DNA of 64,000 nucleotides from Desulfobacterales bacterium (GTDB lineage Bacteria; Desulfobacterota; Desulfobacteria; Desulfobacterales; UBA2174). Position 1 is the stretch's first letter, and each line of letters starts with the position of its first letter. Positions 29,150 to 39,891 of this stretch are shown piece after piece. The notes under the pieces are model-generated. The model ran no database searches. It was not told where the DNA came from and saw nothing but the letters and a program-made list of their open reading frames with translations. The stretch is taken from contig CAXXWC010000015.1 in NCBI GenBank assembly GCA_963668645.2, positions 64,001 through 128,000 on the forward strand, read 5' to 3'. A program made the position numbers and the translations under genes.

Positions 29150-30448
29150 TCACCTGCCGGGATTGCCGTCGCCAACGGCACAGGTCAGCGTTACCCCGAG
29201 ACCTGGATCCACACGCTCCCAGTCGAAGTCTTCCACCGGAATCGGGATGCGCGAATTGGCGATCAGGGTCGAAAAGGTGCGGCGCCAAATCCTTTCGGAT
29301 CCGTAGCGAGCTTCCAGGGTCGCTCGCTTCACCGTGTGGGCCAGCTGGATCGAAACGCCGGCGGAAAACCAGGAGGTACGGCATTTTCCGGCCTGCTCGA
29401 GCGTGAGCCGCTGGGGAACCACGTATCGGATCGGCGCCTGGGCCCTCAACGCGATGACGCCCTCCTTTGGCCGCTCGGGAAACCGGTGCCGCTTCAAAAT
29501 GCTGCCGGCCGCGCGTCTTCCCTCCAGGGCGCATAGATCGTGCATGTCGGCGCCGCGAAGGATGTTGCCGGCCGCGAAAATGTTGCGCTGCGAGGTTTCC
29601 AGGCTCATATCCACCACCGGTGCCGCGGTCAGCGGCTCGGCCTCGATGGCGGTGCCCAGGACCAGGGCGCTATCCGGCAGAAACTGGCCTGTAACCACCA
29701 GGGTATCGCATGCCATGGAAGAGACCGCGCCGTTTCGGACCCACTCGATGCCTTCCACCCGCTTGGCCCCCGCAACCGCTTTGACCGAAGTGCCGGTGTA
29801 GACGGGAAACCCCAGGTACCGGCTCAGGGCCTGCGAGACGACGGGATAGGTTTGAACCGCGCTGTCCGGTTCGACCATGGCCGCGATGTCCACTCCGGCG
29901 TGCCTGAGGGTCATGGCAGCAGAAAAGGCCACGTGTTCACTGCCGATGATCACCGCCCGCGTGCCGGGTTTGAGATGCTGCAGGTTGACCATTTTCTGAA
30001 GGCTGCCGGTGGTGAAGATCCCCGCCGGACGGGTGCCGGGAATATACCGTTTTTCCCTGGAGCTTTCGCAGCATCCGGTGGCGAGCAGCAAAAAGCGGCA
30101 GGCATAGGTTTTCAGCCCCTCGGGTGAAACCGTCCGTATGCGGTGCAGTTCGCCGGCAGTTCCCGGCACCACCTCGAGCACCGTTGTGCAGGTGTGGATA
30201 TCGACCGCTGTCTTGCGGATCAGGTCGTTCAACCGGCGTGCATAGGCCGCTCCCGTATAGAGCCACTTTTGATCCCGCATGCCGAAAAAAACGTGGGCAC
30301 TTCTGGGAATCCCGCCCAATGTGTCTTCGTATTCGAAAAGGCCGATCTTCAGGTTCGATCGCCGTGACAGTTCCAGACAGGCGCTGATGCCTGCCGGCCC
30401 GCCGCCCACCACCGCCACATCCATATATCCGCTGTTTTTTCCGTCCAT
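29150..30448 (-). CDS. NAD(P)/FAD-dependent oxidoreductase (partner of the GlpA/LhgO-like protein)
   Basis: GGGPAG, LATGCCE, PGTRPAGIFT, IFAAGN motifs. Confidence 0.85.
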   Translation of the reverse strand: MDGKNSGYMDVAVVGGGPAGISACLELSRRSNLKIGLFEYEDTLGGIPRSAHVFFGMRDQKWLYTGAAYARRLNDLIRKTAVDIHTCTTVLEVVPGTAGELHRIRTVSPEGLKTYACRFLLLATGCCESSREKRYIPGTRPAGIFTTGSLQKMVNLQHLKPGTRAVIIGSEHVAFSAAMTLRHAGVDIAAMVEPDSAVQTYPVVSQALSRYLGFPVYTGTSVKAVAGAKRVEGIEWVRNGAVSSMACDTLVVTGQFLPDSALVLGTAIEAEPLTAAPVVDMSLETSQRNIFAAGNILRGADMHDLCALEGRRAAGSILKRHRFPERPKEGVIALRAQAPIRYVVPQRLTLEQAGKCRTSWFSAGVSIQLAHTVKRATLEARYGSERIWRRTFSTLIANSRIPIPVEDFDWERVDPGLGVTLTCAVGDGNPGR

Positions 30449-30478
30449 GTTTTCAACCTGGCCCGATTGCCGGATGAT

Positions 30479-31936
30479 TTACTTCCGTTTCGGGATTGCC
30501 GGATAGACTTCCTCAGACCCGCTTCCATTGCGCGTGATTTTATCCGCAGTGACCCCGAGTTCCCGGCGCATGATGTCCAAAACCTTATGGCCGCAAAAAT
30601 TGCTCTGGCACCGTCCCATCCCCGCCCGGGTGCGAAACTTGACGCCGTCGCGCGTCGTGGCCCCGCTGCGGACGGCCGCGACGATCTCGCCTTCCGACAC
30701 GGTCTCGCAGCGGCAGACGATACGCCCGTAGAGGGGATCTTCCGCGATCTGCCGGGCATACTGCCGGTCATCGAGCGTATGGATGGAAGGCTTTGCTTTG
30801 CGCAAGGGGTTGAAGTCGGTTCGTTGCTCGAGCTTCATGCCCACTGCCGGCATCACCTTTTGAACCAGGTACCTGGCCATGGCCACCGACGCGGTGAACC
30901 CCGAGGCCCCCAGCACCAGGTGGACAAAGCCCGGTGCATCCGGCGCCGGCTGGATATGGAATTCGGCTCCGGCCATGGGGATCACCCCGCAAAAAGGTTT
31001 GATCCCTTCTTGCGGTTCGAGGCCGGGGATCAGTTTCAAACAGTTGGCAACGACCCAACCATTCAGCCCTTCGGCCGTGGTCCGGTCATCTTCCAGGTCG
31101 GCCACCTCGTCCACCGCGCAGCCCAGCATGACATTGCCGTCGACCGTGGGGCAGACGAAATCGCCCACCGGGCTTTCCCCGTCCAAGGCCCTGACCAGAT
31201 GGTTCACCCGGCCGGCGCAGGCCTTGTCCATGATGATCCGCTGCATCCTCAGACCTATCAGTTGAAGGCTGTCGTCGCCCACCATACGGGCGATTTTGTC
31301 CGCGTGAATACCGGCGGCATTGATCACATACCCCGCCCGGAAAGCGCCTGCGGTCGTCTCGATCACAAAATCACCGGCCACCGTTTTACGGACCGCTTCC
31401 ACGCGGGCATTCAGGTGCAGCTCGGCCCCGTTCTCCCGTGCGTTTTCAATCAGGCCGATGGTCAGACCCCAGGGGCTCGTCACGCCGGTCGAGGGGCTGT
31501 AAAGGGCCGCGACCACCGCTTCTGACAACTGCGGCTCCATCGCTTGGAGCCGCTGCCGGTCTTCGATCAGTTCGGTTCCGGCAACGCCGTTTGCCACGGC
31601 GTCGTCCCGGATCTTTTTCAACGCCTGGCACTCCCGCGCGTCGAAGGCGACCAGCAGCTTGCCGATCCTTTTAAACGGCACCGACAACTGCCGGCAGACC
31701 TCTTCCATCATCAGGTTGCCTTCCAGCTCCCCCCGGCTGCGCAACGGGGCCCCGGGCGCGGGAAGGCCGCAATGCACGATGGCATGGCTGCCTTTGGTCG
31801 TTCCGAACGAGACGTCCGCTTCTTTTTCCAGTACCGCCACAGAAAGATCGTACCGGCTCAGTTCCCTTGCCGCCGCCGCCCCAGCGATACCCGCCCCGAT
31901 GACGATGACGTCGTATCCATCTTTGCACGCTGCCAT
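30479..31936 (-). CDS. FAD-dependent oxidoreductase (GlpA/LhgO-like) with C-terminal BFD-like [2Fe-2S] domain
   Basis: IGAGIAG; CRCETV...RTRAGMGRCQSNFC. Confidence 0.87.
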   Translation of the reverse strand: MAACKDGYDVIVIGAGIAGAAAARELSRYDLSVAVLEKEADVSFGTTKGSHAIVHCGLPAPGAPLRSRGELEGNLMMEEVCRQLSVPFKRIGKLLVAFDARECQALKKIRDDAVANGVAGTELIEDRQRLQAMEPQLSEAVVAALYSPSTGVTSPWGLTIGLIENARENGAELHLNARVEAVRKTVAGDFVIETTAGAFRAGYVINAAGIHADKIARMVGDDSLQLIGLRMQRIIMDKACAGRVNHLVRALDGESPVGDFVCPTVDGNVMLGCAVDEVADLEDDRTTAEGLNGWVVANCLKLIPGLEPQEGIKPFCGVIPMAGAEFHIQPAPDAPGFVHLVLGASGFTASVAMARYLVQKVMPAVGMKLEQRTDFNPLRKAKPSIHTLDDRQYARQIAEDPLYGRIVCRCETVSEGEIVAAVRSGATTRDGVKFRTRAGMGRCQSNFCGHKVLDIMRRELGVTADKITRNGSGSEEVYPAIPKRK

Positions 31937-31959
31937 GAACGCAGTCCTTCCGGGTGGAA

Positions 31960-32757
31960 TCACAGGCCGTAGGCCGCCCCCGCGTTGGAAAAGCAGACCT
32001 TTTCAATTTCAGGGTCGGAGACCCCTTTTTGCTTCAATGCCATGGCCGTTTTGGGCACGGCAAGCGGATCCGAAGGCAGCCCGGAACAGTCGCTGTCCAC
32101 CATCACCCGTTGGCACCCGTGTTCTTTGATGATGTCCGCAGCCCTCTCAGGCGTCATATTGCGCCAGGGCTGCACGCTGATGGCGGCCCATGCCCCGGCC
32201 TCCAGCACCATGGCGATATTGGCGTCCGAACAGTGATCCACGATGACCTTGTCAAAGGGCAGGCCGTACTCTGCACACAGATCCAGCATCCTTTTCGTGT
32301 TTTCCTTTTTTAACGCCGGTGCGTTGGGAACGTGAAAATCGACACGGACCCCCGTTTTGACGGCAATCTCCAACTGTTTCCGGACAAAGCCCTCCTGCTG
32401 TTTGAGATCCTTGCAGGTGTCGGAATTGGGCTCTATTCCGATCTCGCCGATGGCCACCACCTCGGGACGGTTCAGATATTGCGGCAGCAGGTCGTAAAGG
32501 GCGGCCGGATCGTTTCTCGGCGTGCTCACCATGCTGATGCCGATCATGGCATACGGTTGAATGAAATGCTCCTTGGCCCGGGCGAACTGCACATCGAAAA
32601 GGTAATCCCACACATCCCGGATCGTCTCGCAGCTCACCGGCCTGCCGCCGGCCAGTTGCACCGGTGAGACCACCCGCCGGACCCCGGCCAGGTACATCTG
32701 CTGTAAAGCGTTCCACGACAGTTCGTCGAGATGAGCGTGTGAATCGGTAAAATTCAT
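31960..32757 (-). CDS. TatD-family hydrolase
   Basis: DSHAH, AIGEIG, FHVP, VDH, DSD motifs. Confidence 0.82.
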   Translation of the reverse strand: MNFTDSHAHLDELSWNALQQMYLAGVRRVVSPVQLAGGRPVSCETIRDVWDYLFDVQFARAKEHFIQPYAMIGISMVSTPRNDPAALYDLLPQYLNRPEVVAIGEIGIEPNSDTCKDLKQQEGFVRKQLEIAVKTGVRVDFHVPNAPALKKENTKRMLDLCAEYGLPFDKVIVDHCSDANIAMVLEAGAWAAISVQPWRNMTPERAADIIKEHGCQRVMVDSDCSGLPSDPLAVPKTAMALKQKGVSDPEIEKVCFSNAGAAYGL

Positions 32758-32813
32758 TTCTGCCTTGCCTCCCTGTGCTTTCGGGCTCCCCTTGCGGAGC
32801 CGTGGATCATGGA

Positions 32814-34019
32814 TCATGGATCATGCGGCGCTGACGGCTGCAGCGCCGCCCACAACACCTGGGCGATATCCCGGACCTCCATGCGCCGGCCCGGGCCCGT
32901 GTCCCTGGCGGCGTTGCTCAGCATGGTCAGGCACCAGGGGCAGGCCGTCACCAGAATCCGGGCGCCGGTCTCCAGGGCCTGTTCGACCCGCATATCGGAT
33001 AATCGCCGTTCCTCTTCGATTTCGTCGAACATCCTGCCGCCCCCTCCGCCGCAGCAGAGGCTGTCCGGCCCGCAAAGGGGCATCTCGACGCGCCGCACAC
33101 CGGGAATGGCGTCGATCAGTTTGCGCGGCGGGTCGTAAATACCGTTGTGTTTGCCCAGATAGCAAGGATCATGGTAGGTCACGCAAAAATCCTGCTCCCC
33201 GGGCCACTCGGGAGACCGCGTGCTGAACAGGCGGTATAAAAATTCGGTGTAATGTACCACATCCACCGTCCGCGGCAGGTCCGGGTAATGATGGGCAAGG
33301 GCATGATAGCAATGCGGGGAGACCGTGACGATGGTTCGCACCCCGCTTTTTTTGATCTTTTCCCCGTTTTGCGCCACCACTTCCTGAAACAGGGCGGCAT
33401 CTCCCAGGAACCGGGCCGGATCCCCGCAGCAGCTTTCGTCTTCCAGCATGCCGAAATCGACGCCGAAGGCTTGCAGGATCCTGATGAGGCTGGTCACGGC
33501 ATCGCGAAGATCCGGATCATAGGCGGCGGCGCAGCCCACATAGAGCAGGACTTCGGCTTGGGCTTCGGGCAGGAAGAGGACGCCCAGGTCCCGGCACCAA
33601 GCCAGGCGTTTTTTCGACGGCTTGCCGTACGGGTTGCCAACCTTGAATATCTCCTCCAGGCATTTGCCCTGCCGCGGCAACGGCCCGATCTGTTTTTCAA
33701 CCAGCAGTTCGCGCCCGGCCATGATGGCGTCGAGCAGCAAGACCCCTGAGCTCATATCCTTGCAGGCGTTGACGCAGGCGTTGCAGGTCGTGCAGGCATA
33801 GACGATCCGGCGCAGGTCCCTGCCGGCCTCGGCATCGAATCGATTCCAGCGCAGCGCATAGCGCAGCGATTGGGTCATGCCGGACGGCCCCTGGGTCTGA
33901 AATCCCCGGCTTGATTGATAATTCGGGCAAACGGAAAAACAGAAATTACAGTTCCAGCATTTGTCGACCACCGCTTCGATCTTTTCTTCGATCGCCGCGA
34001 GATAAGCATCTTCCGCCAT
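32814..34019 (-). CDS. GlcF/HdrD-like Fe-S protein (two 4Fe-4S motifs plus two CCG domains)
   Basis: CWNCNFCFSVCP, CTTCNACVNAC, CCG, YHDPCYLG, CCGGGGG, TACPWC. Confidence 0.88.
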   Translation of the reverse strand: MAEDAYLAAIEEKIEAVVDKCWNCNFCFSVCPNYQSSRGFQTQGPSGMTQSLRYALRWNRFDAEAGRDLRRIVYACTTCNACVNACKDMSSGVLLLDAIMAGRELLVEKQIGPLPRQGKCLEEIFKVGNPYGKPSKKRLAWCRDLGVLFLPEAQAEVLLYVGCAAAYDPDLRDAVTSLIRILQAFGVDFGMLEDESCCGDPARFLGDAALFQEVVAQNGEKIKKSGVRTIVTVSPHCYHALAHHYPDLPRTVDVVHYTEFLYRLFSTRSPEWPGEQDFCVTYHDPCYLGKHNGIYDPPRKLIDAIPGVRRVEMPLCGPDSLCCGGGGGRMFDEIEEERRLSDMRVEQALETGARILVTACPWCLTMLSNAARDTGPGRRMEVRDIAQVLWAALQPSAPHDP

Positions 34020-34074
34020 ACGTTCCCCTATTCTCGTGAAATATTTCGGCGGCACGACTGCAACATCGCCGCCG

Positions 34075-35154
34075 TCATCGGTATCCTTCCAGGATGCCCG
34101 GATTCAAGATATTGTTGGGATCGACGTCCTTTTTAAAGGCTTTGACCAGGCTGAAGCCCGTTTCGCCGTATTTCTCCTTGAAAAACAGCGTGCGGTGGGC
34201 AAACTGGCCCCATTCCCCCGCCGCAGGTGTCATACTTGATGTTCAGCTCCATTTCCCTCCTGAACATCTCGTCCATGGCCTCCTCGAGCTGGCCCAGATT
34301 GCTGACCAACTCGGCCGAACTGAGCAGGCCATCGATCTGCTGGCGCAGATAGGACCCGATCACCTCCCGGGTGGTGACGATTTTGTGCCAGGTCGGCTCA
34401 TCCTCCACCAGCTGCATGGCGCTGGCCCCTCATCCGAAAATATCTCCAGCAGCCGGGCACTCTTTTCGGCGGCCCCCCGGGCACTGGCGCTGGCGGTTCC
34501 GAACATCACCACCACCACCCCCATGATGCCGTCACTGCCCACGAAGAACTTGGCCAGATCCGTGCCGGCGATGCGCCGCAGGCCCTTGGTACCGGTTTCA
34601 ATGATCCGGCCGTCCGGCAGCACGGCTTCCAGCCCGAGGATATAATCGGCAGGCTTGCCCATACAGACATCGATGATATGCCCGTTGGCTTTGTTGCAGA
34701 CCAGCCCCCCCATGGTGGCGACAACCCGGCTTCCCGGCTAGACCGGCAGGAAACAACCGACCCGCCCCAGGGCATCTCCCACCTTGGCCGCAGTGATACC
34801 GGCCTCGCATTCGAAATAGCCGTATTCCTGGTGAATGGTCAGCCGCTTCATGCGATGGGTATTGATGATGATCCCGGATCGATGCGGCCGCGATTGGCCG
34901 ATCAGCGAAGTACCCGCCCCCCGGATAAAGACCGGGACCCGTTCCCGGTTGGCAAGCTTGAGAATCCGGGAAATCTCCTGGCTGTTGGCCGGCATGGCAA
35001 CGGCATAGGGGAGCGTCGTCTCTTCTACGTGAAGCCCCAGCGGGGTCGTGGCGTTTTTCATCCCCTCGAAGGGACTGGGCGACACGTATCGGTCCGATAC
35101 GATTTTTCCCAGTTCAGCGACGAGAGCTTTACGATCCAAGGCATTCATTTCCAT
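34075..35154 (-). pseudogene. Degraded GlcD-like FAD oxidoreductase, paralog of 44146-45573
   Basis: TAG at 34738-34740 replacing Trp (LPV*PGSRV), two internal deletions and several frameshifts relative to the intact paralog. Confidence 0.88.
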
Positions 35155-35424
35155 CAAGGCTGTTCCTCTCACAGGTAAACTTGCGGCCTGTCCATCCCTG
35201 TGCGCCGGCCGGGCAGGTGATCATCGGCGGGTTTTACCATCTGCGGTCTTTTTGGCGCGGACATCGCTACCATGCACCGGCAAATCGGGTGATATGCCTC
35301 ATGGCGTCTTTGAGCAGGTTCCGGTTTACGGTATGAGAGCAGCAAGCGGAACCTGCGCGACATAAGATACGCTTTTCTTCATCGTTTCCTCGATCCATCT
35401 TCCCGGCGTTGGCCAGTCCGCCCT

Positions 35425-35540
35425 TCAAAAAGGTCGGCGACCTCCCCTCTCCGCATAGAGAAAGGCTCCCGCCGCCATGACCTCGGGGGCCATCGATCCT
35501 ACAACAAATCTACCTTCTTTCATATAACGCTTCGCTATTG
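35425..35540 (-). pseudogene. Remnant of a carbamate kinase C-terminus
   Basis: AKRYMKEGRFVVGSMAPEVMAAGAF...GGRR resembles arcC AEGYIAAGCFAQGSMGPKVEAAFQF..GGRR. Confidence 0.6.
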
Positions 35541-36081
35541 GGGCTGCGATGCTGAACATTTTTGCAGCCTCCCGCGGCCGGAGCGCCCGGCCAGGCCTTG
35601 AAAATACCCCTGAAAACCGCAATTCGCAGAAAAGGAAAACCGCCTGGGGTTGAATAATGCTATGCAGGAATGTATCAATGGTGTAACTATCCGGAATGCA
35701 GATGCTTTCTTATTCACCACGCCGGACTTGATCAAAGGTGAAGAGGAGGGCTGCGGTTCAGTTGCGCACAACATACCGCAAACACTAAAAAACTGATAAT
35801 TGACACGATGTTTGCCTGAATGAAATGGCCTGCGGGTTGGCCAATGGGATCTTTTTTCCCATGCCATACCCTGCCAGAGCCCCTTGCGGTGGATGCTCCC
35901 GGATGCAAGGCGACATGGCGATTGTAGGATCAACCAGGAGAAAACGCTGCGATGCCCTGCCAGACCCCACCCGAAAGCGTAGAGGTGAAACGGTTTCCTT
36001 TCCGCCCTGGATGAGGTGCTTTCGGAGTTGCCGCAAACAGCCATCCAACACTCACCCTAAGTCCTATAGTGGGAGGATCGC

Positions 36082-37281
36082 ATGGGAACAGAGGCCTACA
36101 TCAAACTGGAAGATACCCTCGGCGCCCATAACTACAAGCCGCTGGACGTGGTTCTGGCCAGGGGAGAGGGGGTCTGGGTCTGGGATGTGGAGGGACGCAA
36201 ATACCTCGATTGTCTCTCCGCCTACTCGGCCGTCAACCAGGGCCACTGCCATCCCAGAATCATGCAGGCCCTGGTGGACCAGGCCCGGAAGCTGACCCTC
36301 ACTTCGCGCGCGTTCAGGAACGATCAGCTCGGGGCCTTGTACCAGGAGCTTTGCGCCCTGACCCGGTCGCACAAGGTGCTGCCGATGAACAGCGGCGCCG
36401 AGGCGGTGGAGACCGCCATCAAGGTCGTGCGCAAATGGGGCTACGAGGTAAAGGGGGTCCCGCAAGACCAGGCGGAAATCATCGTTTGCGAGGACAATTT
36501 CCACGGCCGCACCATCACCATCGTCAGCTTCAGCACCGATCCGGGCGCCAGGACCGGCTTCGGTCCATTCACACCGGGATTCAAAACGGTCCCCTTCGGC
36601 GATGCCGGGGCTCTTGAAGCGGCCGTCACGCCCAATACGGTCGGCCTGCTCGTCGAACCGATCCAGGGCGAAGCCGGGGTCATCATTCCACCGGCAGGGT
36701 ATTTGAAACGGGCCCGGCAGATCTGCGATGCCCACAACCTGGTGATGATCCTCGACGAGATCCAGACCGGTTTGGGCCGCACCGGAAAACTGCTGGCCGA
36801 AGAGCACGAAGGCATCGAGGCCGATCTGACCCTGGTGGGCAAGGCGCTGTCCGGCGGATTTTACCCGGTATCGGCCGTTCTTTCGAACACCGAGGTGATG
36901 GGGGTGCTGCAACCGGGTGAGCACGGCTCGACCTTCGGCGGCAATCCCCTGGCTTGCGCCGTGGCCCGAGCGGCGCTTAAAGTGCTCGTGGAGGAAGGCA
37001 TGATCGAAAATGCCGCCGAGATGGGGGCCCTGCTGCTCGACGGTCTCAAGCAGATCCGCAACCCGCTGATCAAAGAGATCCGCGGCAAGGGGCTGCTGAT
37101 CGGGATGGAGTTTTACCCCGAAGCAGGAGACGCCCGCAGGTATTGTGAAGCGCTCAAAACAAGGGGACTGCTGTGCAAGGAGACCCACAAGCACACCATC
37201 CGTTTTGCACCACCGCTGGTGATCAAGCCGGCCGAAATCGAATGGGCCCTGGAGCAGGTACGACAGGTGATCGCGCAATGA
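36082..37281 (+). CDS. rocD: Ornithine--oxo-acid aminotransferase
   Basis: [51 protein letters not shown]. Confidence 0.95.
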   Translation: MGTEAYIKLEDTLGAHNYKPLDVVLARGEGVWVWDVEGRKYLDCLSAYSAVNQGHCHPRIMQALVDQARKLTLTSRAFRNDQLGALYQELCALTRSHKVLPMNSGAEAVETAIKVVRKWGYEVKGVPQDQAEIIVCEDNFHGRTITIVSFSTDPGARTGFGPFTPGFKTVPFGDAGALEAAVTPNTVGLLVEPIQGEAGVIIPPAGYLKRARQICDAHNLVMILDEIQTGLGRTGKLLAEEHEGIEADLTLVGKALSGGFYPVSAVLSNTEVMGVLQPGEHGSTFGGNPLACAVARAALKVLVEEGMIENAAEMGALLLDGLKQIRNPLIKEIRGKGLLIGMEFYPEAGDARRYCEALKTRGLLCKETHKHTIRFAPPLVIKPAEIEWALEQVRQVIAQ

Positions 37282-37386
37282 GCCAAGCGGCCGGCCGGTG
37301 AATAACGCGTATCGGCCTGCCAGGATACCCGCAACCGAATCCGAAAAGTGCAGTCTGAAGCTGCAAGTACGACAGGGAGCAACGTC

Positions 37387-38388
37387 ATGGCCTGTGATCT
37401 GAAAGGCAGAAGCTTTTTAAAACTGCTCGACTTCTCTGAGGAAGAGATCCTTTACCTGCTCGACCTGGCACGGTCGCTCAAGAAGGCTACGCGCGCCGGA
37501 ACCGAACAGCCGCGGCTCAGCGGAAAGAAGATCGCCCTGATTTTCGAGAAAAGCTCCACCCGCACCCGCTGCGCCTTCGAGACGGCCGCCTACGACCAGG
37601 GCGCCTATGTGACCTATCTCGGCCCCACCGGTTCCCAGATGGGGCACAAGGAGTCGCTGAAGGACACGGCCCGGGTTCTGGGCCGGATGTACGACGGCAT
37701 CGAGTACCGCGGTTTCGGCCAGGCGCGGGTGGAACTTCTGGCGCGCTATGCGGGCGTGCCGGTATGGAACGGTCTCACCGATGAATTTCATCCGACCCAG
37801 GTACTGGCCGACCTGATGACGATGATGGAACACTCAAGCCGCCCCCTGCGCGAGCTGAAGCTCGCCTATCTCGGCGATGGGCGCAATAACATGGGCCGTT
37901 CACTGATGATCGGCAGCGCAAAGACCGGGCTCGACTTCCGGCTGGTGAGCCCGGCGGCCCTGGCCCCCGATGCGGAAATAGTCGAGACGGCACGCCGGAT
38001 CGCCGCGGCCGGCGGCGGCAAGATCTGCGTGACGGACGATCTGGCCGAGGGGGTCTGCGACTGTGATTTCATCTATACCGATGTCTGGTTGTCGATGGGC
38101 GAGCCCGAGACGGTCTGGGCCGAACGCATCGAACTGCTCAAGGCCTATCAGGTCAACGAGCGGGTCATGGCCATGACCCGCAACCCGGATGTGAAATTCC
38201 TGCACTGCCTGCCCGCCTTTCACAACCGCGAGACCGGCATCGGCGAGAAGATGTACCAGGCCTTCGGGCTGGAGGCCATGGAAGTGACCGAGGCGGTGTT
38301 CGAGTCGGATGCCTCCGTGGTCTTCGACCAGGCTGAAAACCGGGTGCATACCATCAAGGCGGTCATGGTGGCCACCCTGGGAACCTGA
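37387..38388 (+). CDS. argF: Ornithine carbamoyltransferase, probably catabolic (ArcB role)
   Basis: STRTR, HPTQ, SMG, HCLP; IEYRG as in Pseudomonas ArcB; carbamate kinase nearby. Confidence 0.92.
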   Translation: MACDLKGRSFLKLLDFSEEEILYLLDLARSLKKATRAGTEQPRLSGKKIALIFEKSSTRTRCAFETAAYDQGAYVTYLGPTGSQMGHKESLKDTARVLGRMYDGIEYRGFGQARVELLARYAGVPVWNGLTDEFHPTQVLADLMTMMEHSSRPLRELKLAYLGDGRNNMGRSLMIGSAKTGLDFRLVSPAALAPDAEIVETARRIAAAGGGKICVTDDLAEGVCDCDFIYTDVWLSMGEPETVWAERIELLKAYQVNERVMAMTRNPDVKFLHCLPAFHNRETGIGEKMYQAFGLEAMEVTEAVFESDASVVFDQAENRVHTIKAVMVATLGT

Positions 38389-38455
38389 GGCGCCCGGCAG
38401 GCAGGCCGGTGCATCGGGGGGATGAAAATCGCAGATTTCCGGCCGGAGTGGGAGA

Positions 38456-39772
38456 ATGATGGAAAAAGTGATCATCATGGGCGCCGCGGGGCGCGATTTT
38501 CACAATTTCAACGTCTATTTCCGGGACAACCCCCGCTACCGCGTGGTCGGGTTCACCGCCACCCAGATCCCCGACATCGATGGCCGAAAATATCCGGCCG
38601 CGCTTTGCGGATCCATGTATCCGCAAGGCCTTCCCATTTACCGGGACGACCGGCTGGCCGACCTGATCCGGGAGCACGGGGTGGATCTGGTGGCGTTTTC
38701 CTACAGCGACGTCTCCCACCTGGAGGTGATGCACAAGGCGTCCGTGGTGACGGCCGCCGGGGCGGATTTCATCATCATCGGCGCCTCCTATACCATGCTG
38801 ACTTCCAGCCGCCCGGTGATCTCCGTTTGTGCGGTGCGCACCGGGTGCGGCAAATCGCAGACCAGCCGCAAGGTGATCGAAATCCTGCAAGGCATGGGCA
38901 AGCGGGTCGTGGCGGTGAGACATCCGATGCCTTACGGGGATCTGACCCGGCAGGTGGTCCAGCGGTTTGCCGCTTATGAGGATTTCCAGCTTCACAACTG
39001 CACCATCGAAGAAAGAGAGGAGTATGAACCGGTAGTGGCCGCCGGAGCGGTGATCTACGCCGGGGTCGACTATGAGAAGATCCTGCGCGCCGCGGAGAAA
39101 GAAGCCGATGTCATCGTCTGGGACGGGGGCAACAACGACACCCCTTTTTATAAGCCGGACATCCACATCGTGGTCTTCGATCCGCACCGGGCCGGCCATG
39201 AAACCCGCTATCACCCGGGTGAGACCAATATGCTGCTGGCCGATATCGCCGTGGTCAACAAGGTCGACAGCGCCCAAAAGGAGAAGGTCGACCAGGTTTG
39301 TGAAACGATCCGGCGCCACAACCCCCGGGCACGGATCGTTCTGGCCGATTCGGCCGTGATCCCCGAAAACGAGCGGATCATCGCAGGCAAACGGGTGCTG
39401 GTGATCGAGGACGGCCCCACGCTGACCCACGGCGGCATGCGTTATGGAGCCGGCGTGATTGCCGCCAGACGCTTCGGCGCCGCCGCCCTGGTCGATCCGC
39501 GCCCCTATCTGGCGGGCAGTCTGAAAGAAACCTTCGCCAACTACCCGGAGATCGGTACGGTGCTGCCCGCCATGGGCTACAGCCCGCAACAGGTGGCCGA
39601 TCTTGAGACGACCATCAACGGCACGGATTGCGATCTGGTGCTGTCGGCCACGCCCATCGATCTGACCAAGCTGCTGCGGATCGAAAAGCCCGTCGTCCGG
39701 ATCCGCTATGAATACCGAGACAACGGCCAGCCGGATCTGCAAACGCTGATCAGGGAGCGTCTGGCGACCTGA
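38456..39772 (+). CDS. cDPG-synthase-like P-loop protein, candidate arginine synthetase (ArcE)
   Basis: MGAAGRDFHNFN, AVRTGCGKSQT, RHPMPYG, TIEEREEYE, WDGGNND, EDGPTLTHG; lies between OTC and carbamate kinase. Confidence 0.78.
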   Translation: MMEKVIIMGAAGRDFHNFNVYFRDNPRYRVVGFTATQIPDIDGRKYPAALCGSMYPQGLPIYRDDRLADLIREHGVDLVAFSYSDVSHLEVMHKASVVTAAGADFIIIGASYTMLTSSRPVISVCAVRTGCGKSQTSRKVIEILQGMGKRVVAVRHPMPYGDLTRQVVQRFAAYEDFQLHNCTIEEREEYEPVVAAGAVIYAGVDYEKILRAAEKEADVIVWDGGNNDTPFYKPDIHIVVFDPHRAGHETRYHPGETNMLLADIAVVNKVDSAQKEKVDQVCETIRRHNPRARIVLADSAVIPENERIIAGKRVLVIEDGPTLTHGGMRYGAGVIAARRFGAAALVDPRPYLAGSLKETFANYPEIGTVLPAMGYSPQQVADLETTINGTDCDLVLSATPIDLTKLLRIEKPVVRIRYEYRDNGQPDLQTLIRERLAT

Positions 39773-39891
39773 GGACAGACCCCGGGCTTATCCGCTGAAC
39801 GCCGGGAACCTGGCCTTGCCGGCGATGGCCCCCGCAAGGCGCCGGCAACCCATGCCCGGCCGCCCGCTTGGGCCGGCAAGGAGGACGCGGC

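Noticed and set aside
32804..32824. (GGATCAT)x3 microsatellite
   Set aside because: Only three units at the very end of a gene; little coding consequence.
34738..34740. In-frame TAG as possible pyrrolysine recoding
   Set aside because: Aligns to Trp in the paralog, and the gene has further deletions and frameshifts.
35648..35720. ARG-box-like half sites (TGAAT.., ..ATTCA)
   Set aside because: Spacing and matches are poor; cannot be supported without a motif scan.
35800..35816. TGACACG-N4-TTGC sigma54-like promoter upstream of rocD
   Set aside because: The invariant -24 GG is GA.
35860..36070. Possible riboswitch in the rocD leader (CCCTGCCAGA occurs twice)
   Set aside because: No recognisable aptamer consensus or expression platform; needs an Rfam scan.
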